Assembly (NCBI RefSeq): GCF_004010195.1 | Contig: NC_057750.1 | Span: forward strand, 17,949,098-17,982,135 | Direction of reading: 5' to 3' | DNA from: Chiloscyllium plagiosum | Lineage: Eukaryota | Length of the DNA stretch: 33,038 bases | Shown: piece after piece, positions 21,609-32,604 of the stretch | Layout: each line of letters opens with the position of its first letter | How positions within the stretch are numbered: position 1 is the stretch's first letter | Translations under genes and position numbers: made by a program | The notes under the pieces: generated by a model | What the model was told of the DNA's origin: nothing | What the model saw: the letters and a program-made list of their open reading frames with translations, nothing else | Databases searched by the model: none

Positions 21609-24250
21609 GTTTAACAGGATCACCGTATTCTATGTCAGCAGCCTGTTAGTCCACTGGTTTCAGTGAACCATCACAGATGCATACTTTCTCTACATAATTA
21701 ATGTATCATGTCTAAACTGCTGCTTAAACATAAACTTATAAAATTGCTTAAAAATGATGAATTGTCAATTACAGGTAATTGTGATCACAGACACATTTTC
21801 TGCCAAGACTGGAAGCTTATGGGCAACTTGCTTTATTAGAAAGCAAGAAAATATCAAGAGTTAGTGTCCTTTAATTCTTCATATCTGCAAAATCGACAAT
21901 TAATAAGTATAAACCAACATTAGACCTAAGCAAAATTTTCAAATGACTCTTAAAATCATAAATTAAATGTAATAAATTTAAACAAAGCCAGTAAAACAAT
22001 CCTTAAAAAGTACGTAATTGCTATTAATGCAAGATTTGTGAAATCTTCTGCAATGTTTCACAATTCCTCCACCTCCACTCATGCTTTCTCATCGTCTGAT
22101 TGAAAAATCACATTATCAGGGATATTCAGAGACTGTCGTAGTGAATTATCTTGAAATTGAGGACTCATCAACTATGTTCATTCAGTTCCATAAAGAAGGT
22201 TCCATATTTCAAGTTCAATCATTATTCACCAATTTATTATAATGATTTTAGAAATAAGGGCACTTTCAAAAGGAATGCATGGTGCAGCTTATACTACATT
22301 AGACTCCCAAGTCAAGACTTTTATATGCTGTTGCTTTTAATTTTGAGTGGAAGAAATTCTGGATTCCATATCCTTGCAGTCCAAGGTTGCTAGTGAATGT
22401 CTTCAGGAGTTGCAGTCTATTCTTTTACTGATAGTGTCAAGTTTTGCCCTGTCCCACCCGTGTAGCTCCAAATAAGCCAGAAATTTGTGCATGATGAAAT
22501 CATATGAAGCGTAGGCCATTTGACTCATTGAACATGCTCTGCCATTCTTTAAGATAATGATTAATTTGATCGAGGATTCGCCTTCACTTTTCTACCTGCA
22601 CCCATGGAATAGCCCTCAATTTCCTTATACAATACAAATGTTTCTAGTTTGGTCTCAACTGTCTCTGTGGAAGAGAATTCCAAAGACAAACAACACTCAA
22701 AGTTCTCAGCTGATTCAAATGGAAGGTCCTTTAATTTTAAACTACGTACCTGGATTCTGGTTTTCCCCCATGAGGGGTAACAGCTTCTCAGTTTCTTGGT
22801 CCTATCTACTCAGAACCGAACATGTATGTTTCAATAAGATCACCTCTCATTTCTGAGTTTCAGTGAGTAGAGATCCAACCTAGTCCATGTTCCTCAGAAG
22901 ACCTTCAATTCCAGGAGTCAAAGAGCTCAAGAACATTTTTTTAAAAATCACCAGGTTTCTTATCAGGCATATCCCAAACTCTTGTACTTTACCACGGAGG
23001 GCAGCAGATGCAATGAAACATTGTCTGGTTCCCCTCCAAGGGGAAATAGCTTCTTCACCCAGAACATTTCTTCAATGCCAGATCAGAGCTGTGGAACTCC
23101 CTTCTTCATAGCATTGAGGATGTCCTTACATCTTTAAGACTGCAGTGGTTCAAGATGGCAGCTTACCACAACTTTTTCAAGGGCAATTAAGACTGGGCAT
23201 TAAGTGCTGACCATGTCAGCAATAGCCAGATCCCATGAACAAATATTTTAAAGAAGTAATTTCTACTTTAATGAAAAAATGCAAAACACTAAAATTTACA
23301 ATTCCCATAAGCTAGAGAAAATGATTTAGAATCATAGACTCTGCTGTATAGCATGGAAATATATCCTTCGGTCAAACTCGTCCATGCCAACTAGATATTG
23401 TAAAAGGAGGTCTAGACTCATTTGCCAGCATTTGGCGTGTATTCCTCTCAACACTTCCCATTCATAAACCCAGCCAGTTGCATTTTAAAATGTTGTAATT
23501 GTACCAGCCTCCACCACTTCCTCTGGCAGCTTATTCCATACACACACCATCCTCTGTGTGAAAAGGTTACCCTTTCAAAATCTTTCCCCTCTCACCCTAA
23601 ATCTATGCCCTCTAGTTCTGGACTATCCCACGCTGGGGGAAGGATCTTGGCTATTCACCCCACCCACTCATGATTTTATAAACCTCTACAACGTCACCCC
23701 TCAGCCAACGCTCCAGGGAAAATACCCCAGACTATCCTGATAGCTCAAACCCTCCAACCCTGACAACATCCTGGCAAATCTTTTTTGAACCCTTTCAAGT
23801 TTTGCAGACCAGAACTGAACACAATATTCCAAAAGTGGCCTAATCAATGTTCTGTACAACCACAACATGACCTCCCAAATCCTATACTTATTGCATTGAC
23901 CAATAAAGGCAAGCATACCAAATGCCTTCTGCACGATCCTATCTACCTGTAACTCCACTTTCAAGGAACTATGAACCTGCACTCCAAGATCTCTTTGTTC
24001 AGCCACACTCCCCAGAACCTTAACCTTAAGTGTGTAACTCCTGCTTGATTTGCCTTTCTAAAATGCAGCACCTCACAGTGATCTAATTAAACTCCATCTG
24101 CCGCTCCTCAACCATTGGCCCTTGTGATCAAGATCCCATTGTATTCTGAAGTAATCTTCTTTGCTGTCCACTAAACCACCAATTTTGGTGTCATCTGCAA
24201 ACCTACTAACCATATCTCCTATATTCACATCTAAACCATTTATACAAATA

Positions 24251-24443
24251 CAGGCTGTTCTGCTATTTGCTGCAACATGACTGATGAATTGGAGACACTG
24301 TTTCTAAAGCATGAACTTTTAAAACTTGTTTGGTATAACACGATTACATTGTCAACATATTAACTGCTGTTTCTAAAGTAAGGTCTTTCTATAACGTGGA
24401 GTTGCACCAGGACATAACCATTGCATTATAGAAGAACTGACAG
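24251..24443. mobile_element. TcMar/Tigger-like MITE, family A, nested in CR1
   Basis: TA|caggctgttctgcta...ttatagaagaactgacag|TA; internal ctgtttctaaagc segments shared with 10181 and 12806. Confidence 0.82.
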
Positions 24444-25910
24444 TAACAAGAAGCAGTGGATCCAGTACTGATCCTTGTGGCATACTGCTAGTCACAGGTT
24501 TCCAGGCTGAAAAGCAACATTCCATCACCACCATCTGTCTTCTACCTCATGAGCCAGTTCGTTATTCAAATTACTAGTTCTCCCTATGTTCTAATCTTGC
24601 TAACCAGTCTGAGGAATCTTGTCAAATGCCTTACTCAAGTCCATATAGATCACATCCACTGCCCTGCCTCCTTCAATTATCTTTGTTACTTCTTCAAAAA
24701 AAAAACTCAATCAAGTTAGTGAGACACCCATGTTGACTATACCTAATCGGTCATTGCCTTTCTACATCCTGTCCCTCAGGATCCCCTGCAAAACTTGCCC
24801 ATTACTGGTGTCAGGCTCACCGGTCTATAGTTCCCTGGCTTTTACTTTCCACCTTTCTTAAATAATGGCACCACGCTAGCCAATTTCCAGTCTTCCAGCA
24901 CCTTCCCTGTGACTATCAATGATACATTTATCTCAGCAAGAGGGCCAGCAATCACCTCCCTAGCTTCCAGGGTACACCTGGTCAGGTCCCAGGGAGTTAT
25001 TCACCTTTATACATTTTAAGACGTCCAGCATCACCTCCTTCATAATGTGGACATTTTTCAAGATGTTGTTATTGATGCCATGAAGTTCTCCATCTTCCAT
25101 ATCCTCCTCTATGATAAACATTGATGCAAATATTTAGTATCTCCCCAACTCCTGCAGTTCCACACAGACTTGATCTTTAAGGGGCCCTATTCTTTCCTTC
25201 ATTACTCCTTTGTCCTTAAAACATTTGTAGAATCCCTTTGTATTCTTCTTAACCCTATTTACCAAAGCTATCTCATGTCCCCTTTTAGCCCTCCTGATTT
25301 CCCTCTTAAGTACGTATTGACTGCCTTTATACTCTAAGGATTCACTCTCTCTCTGCTGTCTATACCTAACATAAGCTTCCTTCTTTTTCTTGACGAAAAC
25401 CTCAATTTCTCTCGTTATCCAGCATTCCCAACACCTGCCAGCCTTACCCTTCACTAACAGGGACGCACTATCTCTGGACTTTCATTATCTCATTTTTAAA
25501 GGCTTTCCATTTTCCCATTGTCCCTCTACTGTGAATATTCACCCCCAATCAACTTTTGAAAGTTCTTGCCTAATACCATCAAAATTGGCCTTCCTCCAAT
25601 TTCGAATTTTAACTTTTACATTTGGTCTACCTTTTTCACCACTATTTTAAAACTAATAGAATTATGATGACTGGTCACTTCTCACCCAGAATAAATTCTA
25701 ATGATCCAAAAATGAGAGTCCTTCTACCATGCACCAGCTCCTCAGGTTTTGCATTCATCTGCTCTAGCCTCCTCTTTCTACTCTCACTAGCTTATGACAC
25801 CGGATGCGAGCATAAGAGGTGCAGTTAGTAAGTTTGCAAATGACACCAAAATTGGAGGTGTAGTGGACAGCGAAGAGGGTTACCTCAGATTACAACAGAA
25901 TCTGGACCAG

Positions 25911-25946
25911 ATTCCTGAAGAAGGGTTTATGCCCGAAACGTCGATT
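25911..25946 (+). ncRNA. Minimal type I hammerhead ribozyme motif
   Basis: CUGAAGA (25915-25921), A, stem II GGGU-UUAU-GCCC, GAAA (25935-25938), C, GUC site ending at 25942; palindromic ACGU in place of stem III; short imperfect stem I auuc/gauu. Confidence 0.7.
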
Positions 25947-26004
25947 CTCCTGTTCCTTGGATGCTGCCTGACCTGCTGCGCTTTTCCAGCAACACATTTT
26001 CAGC
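25913..26004 (+). mobile_element. 92-bp PLE-derived mini-insertion with 12-bp TSD
   Basis: tctggaccagat duplicated at 25901-25912 and 26005-26016; removing the insert and one repeat restores CR1 continuity. Confidence 0.88.
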
Positions 26005-28227
26005 TCTGGACCAGATCAGCCAATGGGCTGAGAAGTGGCAGAGGGAATTTAATTCAGATAAATGTGAGGTGCTGCATTTTGGGAAAACAAATCTTAGCAG
26101 GGACTTATACACTGGTCCTAGGGTATAGTCCTAGGGAGTGTTGCTGAACAAAGAGACCTTGGAGTGCAGGTTCATAGCTCCTTGAAAGTGGAGTCACAGG
26201 TAGATAAGATAGTGAAGGTGGTGTTTGGTTTGTTTTCTTTCATTGGTCAGAGTATTGAGTACAGGAGTTGGGAGGTCATGTTGTGGCTGTACAGGACATT
26301 GGTTAGGCCACTGTTGGAATATTGCGTGCAATTTTGGTCTCCTTCCCATTGGAAAGATGCAAAACTTGAAGGGGTTCAGAAAAGATTTACAAGAATGCTG
26401 CCAGGGTTGGAGGATTTGAGCTATAGGGAGAGGTTGAACAGGCTCGGGCTGTTTTCCCTGGAGCGTCGAAGGCTGAGGGGTAACCTTATAGAGGTTTTCA
26501 AAATTATGAGGGGCATGGATAGGGTGAATAGGCAAAGTCTTTTCCCTGGGGTCGGGGAGTCCAGAACTAGAGGGCATAGGTTTAGGGTAATAAGGGGAAG
26601 ATATAAAAGAGACCCACGGGGCTTTCACGCAGAGTAGTACGGGTATGGAATGAGCTGCCACAGGAAGTGGTAAAGGCTGGTACAATTGCAACATTTCAAA
26701 GGCATTTGGATAGGTATATGAATAGGAAGGGTTTGGAGGAATATGGGCTGGGTGCTGGCAGGTGGGACTAGATTGGGTTGGCATGGATGGGTTGGACTGA
26801 AAGGTCTGTTTCCATGCTGTACATCTCTATGACTCTACTCGCGACGACCTCCTTTTGAAATTCCTGTCTAATTTCCTAAATTCTCCCACCAGAACCTTAT
26901 CCTTTTCTCTTCCAATGTAGTTAGTTCCAATGTGTACACTGATCTCCTGCTGCTGCCCCCCACCTCCACTTTGAAAATATTCTGCACCACATGGGGATAT
27001 CCTTGATCCTGGCACCATGCAGGTAGCACATCATTCTGATGTTTCTGTGTCAGCAACAGAAATGTCTATCTGTGCCTCTGACTAAAGAGTCTCCTATTTA
27101 AACCATTTAGTTTAAACTTTTTTTTCGAATGCTAGAAGGGTATAAGACTATCAGCTAATTTCATGAAAGGGCTACATTATCTAATATGAACAAGGTAAAG
27201 AAAGGTTTTCAATAAAGCACAGTGATATGGCAGAGCACTACAAACTGAACATGTAATGTTTATGCTTAAACAGCTTTGGATGACATTGATAATTACAAAT
27301 CAAACAGAAATTAACATGACGATTTAGGTAATCACACAAATATGCGGGCCTCCCTGACAACGCTCTTTAAAAGAAGCCACTGCCTGCAAAACCAAGTGAC
27401 AGACAGAGCTCAGCAATCCCACAACAATCCCAGAACTAAGCTCTGCAGTGCTGCCACATCCAGTAGGGAGTGGTGGAGGACGAGGCTCCACAAACATCCC
27501 CATCCTCAAATATGGAACCGCCCAGCACATCAATTCAAAAGATATGGCTGAAGCTTTCACAGCAATCAGCCAGAAGTGCCAAATGGATGACCCATCTCAG
27601 CCTCCTCCAGTGGTGCCCAATAATACAGATATCAGTCTTCAGCCAATTCGATTCACTCCAAATGATATCAAGAAACAGTTGGAGACACTGGATATTGGAA
27701 AGGCTACAGGCCCTGACAACGTTCCCGCAATAGTCCTGAAGACTTGTGCTCTACAAGATCACGCTCCCCTGGCCAAACCGTTGTAGCGTAGTTACAACAT
27801 TGGTATCTTCCCGACAATGTGGAAAATTGCCCAAGTATGGCTTGTGCATAAAAAGCAGGACAAATCCAATCTGGCCACTCCAAGCTATGCTCGATCATCA
27901 GTAAGGTGATGAAGAATATCATCAATAGTGCTATCGAGCTGAATCTGCTCAGCTGTAACCTGCTCAGTGATGCCCAATTTGGGTTTTACCAGACCACTCA
28001 GCTCTGTACTGCATTATAGCCTTGACTCAAACATGGACAAAAGAGCTGAATTCCAGATGTGAGAGGAGGGTGACAGCCCGTGACATCAAGGCTGCATTTG
28101 ACCAAGGTAGGCATCAAAGAGCTGTGGCAAAACTGGAATCAATGGGAATCTCAGGACAAGCTCCCCAGTGGTTAGAGTCATATCGGAAACGTAAGATGAT
28201 GATTGTGACTGTTGGAGGTCAGTCATC

Positions 28228-30490
28228 TCTCAGTGGGAGAGCATTGCGGTGACAGTGACCACAACTGCCTCACCTTTACCATAGCCATGGAGAGGGACAG
28301 GAAATGACAGTATGGGAAGGTATTTAATTGAGGGAGGGGAAAGTGTACTGCTATTAGACAGGAGCTGTGGAGTATAAATTGGGAACATTTGTTCTATGGG
28401 AAAAGCACAACAGAAATGTGGAAGCTGTTTAAGAAATGAGAGTGCTGAATAACTTTGTCCCACTGAAACAGGCAAAGAATGGTAAGGCGAAGGAGCCTTG
28501 GATGACAAGGGAAGAGGAGCTTCTTGCCAAGAGGAAGGAGAAAGCTTACTTAAGGTTGAGGAAGCAAGGATCTTTACAGGAAAGAATTCAAAAATGGTCT
28601 GAGAGCTAGGAGGATGCATGAAAACACCTTGGCAGGAAGGATTAGGGAAAACCCAAAGGTCTACACTTACATGAGGAATAAGAGAATGATCAGAGAGAGG
28701 GTAGGGCTGATCAGAGATAGTGGCAGAAACTTGTGCCTGGAGTCTGAAGAGGTAGGGGAGTTTTTTGCTTCAATATTCACTAGAGAGAGGGACCTTGTTG
28801 ATAGTGAGAACACTGTGGAACAGGTTAATAGTCTTGAATGGATTGATATTAAGAAAGTGAATGTGTTGGAAATTCTGGGAAGCATCAAGACAGATAAGTT
28901 CCCAGGGCCGGTCCAGATATATCCACGGTTACTATGGGAAGCGAGGAATGAGATTGCTACACCTCTGGCGATGATCTTTGCATCCTTACTCTGGATGATT
29001 GGAGGGAGGCGGATGTTGTTCCTCTTTTCAAAAAAGGGAATAGGGAAATCCCTAGGAATTACTGACCAGTTAGTCTTACGTGTGTGGTGAGCAAGGTATT
29101 GGAAAGGAGTCTGAGAGATAGACATAAATCCCATTTGGAAAAACAGTTTCATTAAAGATAGTCAGCATGGCTTTGTGAGGGGCACGTCATGCCTCAAGCC
29201 TTATTGGGTTCTTTGAGGATTTGACGAGACAAGTTGAATGAAGGTTAAACGGTGGATGTGGTGTATATGGATTTCACTAAGACATTTAATGAGGTTCCTC
29301 ACGGTAGGCTCATTCAGAAAGTTAGGAGGTATGGGATACTAGGAAATTTGGCTGTCTGAAAGAAAACAGCCAGTGCTAGTGGATGGAAAGTATTCTGCCT
29401 GGAGGTCAGTGACCAGTGGAGTCCTGCAGGGATCTGTTCTTGGCCCTCTGCTCCTTGTAGTTTTTATAAATGACTTGGATGAAGAAGTGGAAAGGTGGGT
29501 TAGTAAGTTTGTCGATGACACAAAAGTCATTGGTATTATAGATAGTGTTGAGGGCTGTTGCAGGCTACAACAAAACATTGACAGGATGCAGAGCTGGGCT
29601 GAGAAGTGGCAGATGGAATTCAACCTGGATAAATGCAAAGTGATTCATTTTGGAAGTTCAAATTTGAATGCTGAATACAGGGTTAAGGACAGGATTCTTG
29701 GCAGTGTGGAGGAACAGCAGAATCTTGGGTCCACGTACATAGATCCCTCAAAGTTGCCACCCAAGTTGATAGGGTTGTTAAGTCAGCGTATGGTGTTTTG
29801 GCTTTCATTAACTGGGAGAATGGGCTTAAGAGCCACAAGGTTTTGCTGTGGCTCTATAAAACCCTGGTTAGGCCACATTTGGAATATTGCGTCCAATTCT
29901 GGTTGCCTCATTACAGTAAGGATGCAGATGCTTTAGAGAAGGTACAGAGGAGATTTACCAGGATGCTGTCTGGATTGGAGGCTTTTGTGTCATGAGAGGT
30001 TGAGTGAGCTAGGGCTTTTCACACTGGAAAGAAGAAGGAAGAGAGGTGATTTGATAGAGGTGTACAAGGTAATGAGAGACTTTTCTAGGAGAAAGTGAGG
30101 ACTGCAGATTCTGGAGACCAGAGTCCTGCTCCTCGGATGCTGCCTGGCCTGCTGCACTTTTCCAGCACCACACTTTTCAACAATGAGAGACTTTTCCCCA
30201 GGGCAGAAATAGCTGTCACGTGGGCTGATAATTTTAAGGTGACTAGAGGAAGGTATAGGGGAGAGGTCAGAGTTAGGCTCTTTACGCAGAGAGTGGTGGG
30301 TGCGTGGAATGCATTGCCAAGGTAATAGAGTCAGAGACATTAGGGACATTTAAGCAACTGCTGGACAAGCACATGGATGGCAGTAAATTGAGGGGTGGGT
30401 AGGTCAGATTGAACTTAGATTAAGATAAATGCTTGGCCCAACATTGTGGGCTGAAGGGCCTGTATTGTGCTGTACAGTTCGATGTTCTAT
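28228..30490 (+). mobile_element. CR1 LINE (endonuclease end to 3' tail), same subfamily type as 1-1135
   Basis: DSDHN, DKFPGPVQIYPRLL, GVLQGSVLGPLL, FVDD; tail gggctgaagggcctgtattgtgctgtacagttcgatgttctat. Confidence 0.92.
30086..30181. mobile_element. 96-bp PLE-derived mini-insertion, internally inverted, 15-bp TSD
   Basis: aatgagagacttttc at 30071-30085 and 30182-30196; the two halves are in opposite orientations. Confidence 0.85.
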
Positions 30491-30572
30491 CACAGTTCCA
30501 GGACATCTCTACAGGAATTCCTCAGGGTAGTGTCCTCGGCCCAACAATCTTCAACTACTTCATCAATGACCT

Positions 30573-30872
30573 GAGTGTCAGAGGCTGAGGGGTGACCTTA
30601 TAGAGGTTTATAAAATCATGAGGGGCATGGATAAGATAAATAGACAAGGTCTTTTCCCTGGGATGGGGGAGTTCACAATTATAGGGCATAGATGTAGGGT
30701 GAGATGGGAAAAGATATAAAAGGGAACTAAGGGGTAGGTTTTTCACAGAGGGTGGTATGTTTATGGAATGAGCTGCCAGTGGAAATAGTGGAGGCTGATA
30801 CAATTACAGCATCTAAAAGGCATCTGGATGGGTATATGAATAGGAAGGTTTTAGAGGGATATAGGCCAAGTG
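30573..30872 (+). mobile_element. CR1 3' fragment
   Basis: gaggctgaggggtgaccttatagaggtttataaaatcatgagg; WNELPVEIVEA. Confidence 0.85.
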
Positions 30873-31399
30873 CACACTCAGGTCAGGGGTTTGTTGGAAT
30901 ATTCCCCACTTGCTTGGATGAGTGCAGCCCCAAACAATTCTCAAGAAGCTTGACACCATCCAAGACAAAGCAGCCTGCTTGACTGGCACCGCATCCACTC
31001 CCTCCTCCACCCACACTCAGTACACACTGCTGCTAAAACCATCTGCAAGATGCTCTGCAGAAATTCACCAAAGATCCTTAGAAGTAGTCATGAGTTTGGA
31101 AAGTGTTGTCTATCTAGATGAACAAGGACAGCAGATAGACTGGAACACCACCACCTTCAAGTTCCCCTCCAAGCCACTTAGCATCCTCACTTGAAAATAC
31201 ATTATGGTTCCTTCACTGTCGCTGGGCCAAAATCTTGGAATTCTTTCCCCAATGGCAATGTGGGTCAACTCAAATCAAGTGGATTGCAGTGGTTCAAGAA
31301 GGCAGCTCACCACCACCTTCACAAGGGCAACTAGGGATAGGCAATAAATCTTGGCCAACCAGCGACGTCCACATCCCACAAATGAATAATTTTTTTTTA

Positions 31400-31940
31400 A
31401 AAAAAGTGATGCGACTCCTCTATAAAATCATTGGTTAGATCACATTTGGAATATTGTCTCAATTCTAGGCAACTTATTAAGGAACGATGTTAAAGCCTGG
31501 AGACTGTGCGAAGGTTTGCTAGAAAAATTCCAGGAATGAGGGATATCAAATAATAGTAAATATGAGAGAAATTGAGTTTGTACTGCCTAGCGCAGAGAAG
31601 ATTAACAGATTACCTTTTTGATAAGAAGAAAATTCTATTTCCACTAGTCAGTATGTCAGTAATTAGGGGTCACAATTTTAAGATTCAGCAAGAGAGCTAA
31701 AAGTGCAACAAGGACAAACTTCTTTACTCAGTTGTTAGAATTTCGAATGCATTGCCTGGGAGAGTGGCTGATGTGGATTCCATTGGAGATTTCAAGAGTG
31801 CTGAACATAGATATTTGAAAATTATTAATTTTGAGGACTGAGATTGTTGTGGAAACTAGGACCAGCTGAGTAGCTCTTTTAGGATTTTGTATAAACAAGA
31901 TGGATCAAATGGCCTCCTTGTGAATATAAAATTCTATGAT
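31400..31940 (+). mobile_element. Old CR1 3' fragment
   Basis: ggttagatcacatttggaatattgtctcaattct; gaatgcattgcctgggagagtgg; CR1-type tail. Confidence 0.65.
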
Positions 31941-32295
31941 ATTATACGTATTCCATGGTATCCATTATTCCCTAGCAACATAAAAACATACTTGGTCATC
32001 ACCAAACTTGTCCCTAACAGGTGGTCAACAACTGCAAACAAATCCATAGGCCTGGGATTCTCTGGTAAACTGATTTTGTTTATCCTTATGACTTCAGGAA
32101 GACAAAATTTCATTCAGACAGTTATACTTATTTATAACTAATTAGATTCATGAATAGTAGCCCCACATTTATGTGCATAAGCTATTTATTTTGGAATCAC
32201 TTGCAGTCATTACCAAACTTCCATAATGCATTTATTGTGAACCACTAATAAATATTATCAATGATTAACTATTACTAAATGAACAGTACACTGAC

Positions 32296-32544
32296 CATCT
32301 CAAGGAAGCTATCCAGGTTTCGTGGTGTAAACTTGTCCTGTTCCTTAAAATGGCTGCTTAGCAGTCCCTGTGCTATTGACAAGCTGCCTGGAGTTGGGGT
32401 TGCACAGTATTCCTCCAACTGCTTCCTTCCCAAGATGGAATGAATGAGATCTTTGTCCATTCTTTCAGCCCATCTTCCTCGTGGCTGGAATGCTTCCACG
32501 GTGCTATTTCCAGATCTATCCTGCACACATCCATCACCTGCCTC
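32296..32544 (-). CDS. WDR62: WDR62-like coding exon (first in window), 249 nt, phase 0-0
   Basis: Acceptor tttgtag|GAG, donor ATG|gtcagt. Encodes EAGDGCVQDRSGNSTVEAFQPRGRWAERMDKDLIHSILGRKQLEEYCATP...TPRNLDSFLEM; QPRGRWAER matches my recollection of vertebrate WDR62. Confidence 0.88.
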
Positions 32545-32604
32545 CTACAAACCCATGTTGAAAGAAAGTGAACTTTTCAGAAAATTGTCGTCAATAATTT
32601 TGAC

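Larger units (their letters stand above)
25802..26837 (+). mobile_element. Younger 5'-truncated CR1
   Basis: SKFANDTKIGGVVDSEEG; ORF 26164-26637; tail ctgtacatctctatgactcta. Confidence 0.92.
23326..27100 (-). mobile_element. Long CR1 LINE with ORF1 esterase remnant, internally deleted, hosting nested insertions
   Basis: ORF2 pieces 23701-24006 and 25134-25454. ORF1 pieces VHIGTNYIGREKDKVL...KRRSSRV (26838-26945) and ASESRKRRLEQMNA (25750-25795) flank the plus-strand CR1. Confidence 0.85.
27340..31390 (+). mobile_element. Older LINE (CR1/L2-group) hosting two CR1 insertions
   Basis: KATGPDNVPAIVLKTCA, DIKAAFD; resumes at 30490 with GIPQGSVLGPTIF and again near 30875; 3' tail ends near 31390. 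Confidence 0.8.

Noticed and set aside
22070..22170. Minus-strand reading MSPQFQDNSLRQSLNIPDNVIFQSDDEKA as an extra exon
   Set aside because: Ends in a stop with no convincing splice sites, and the flanking exons already join in phase 0.
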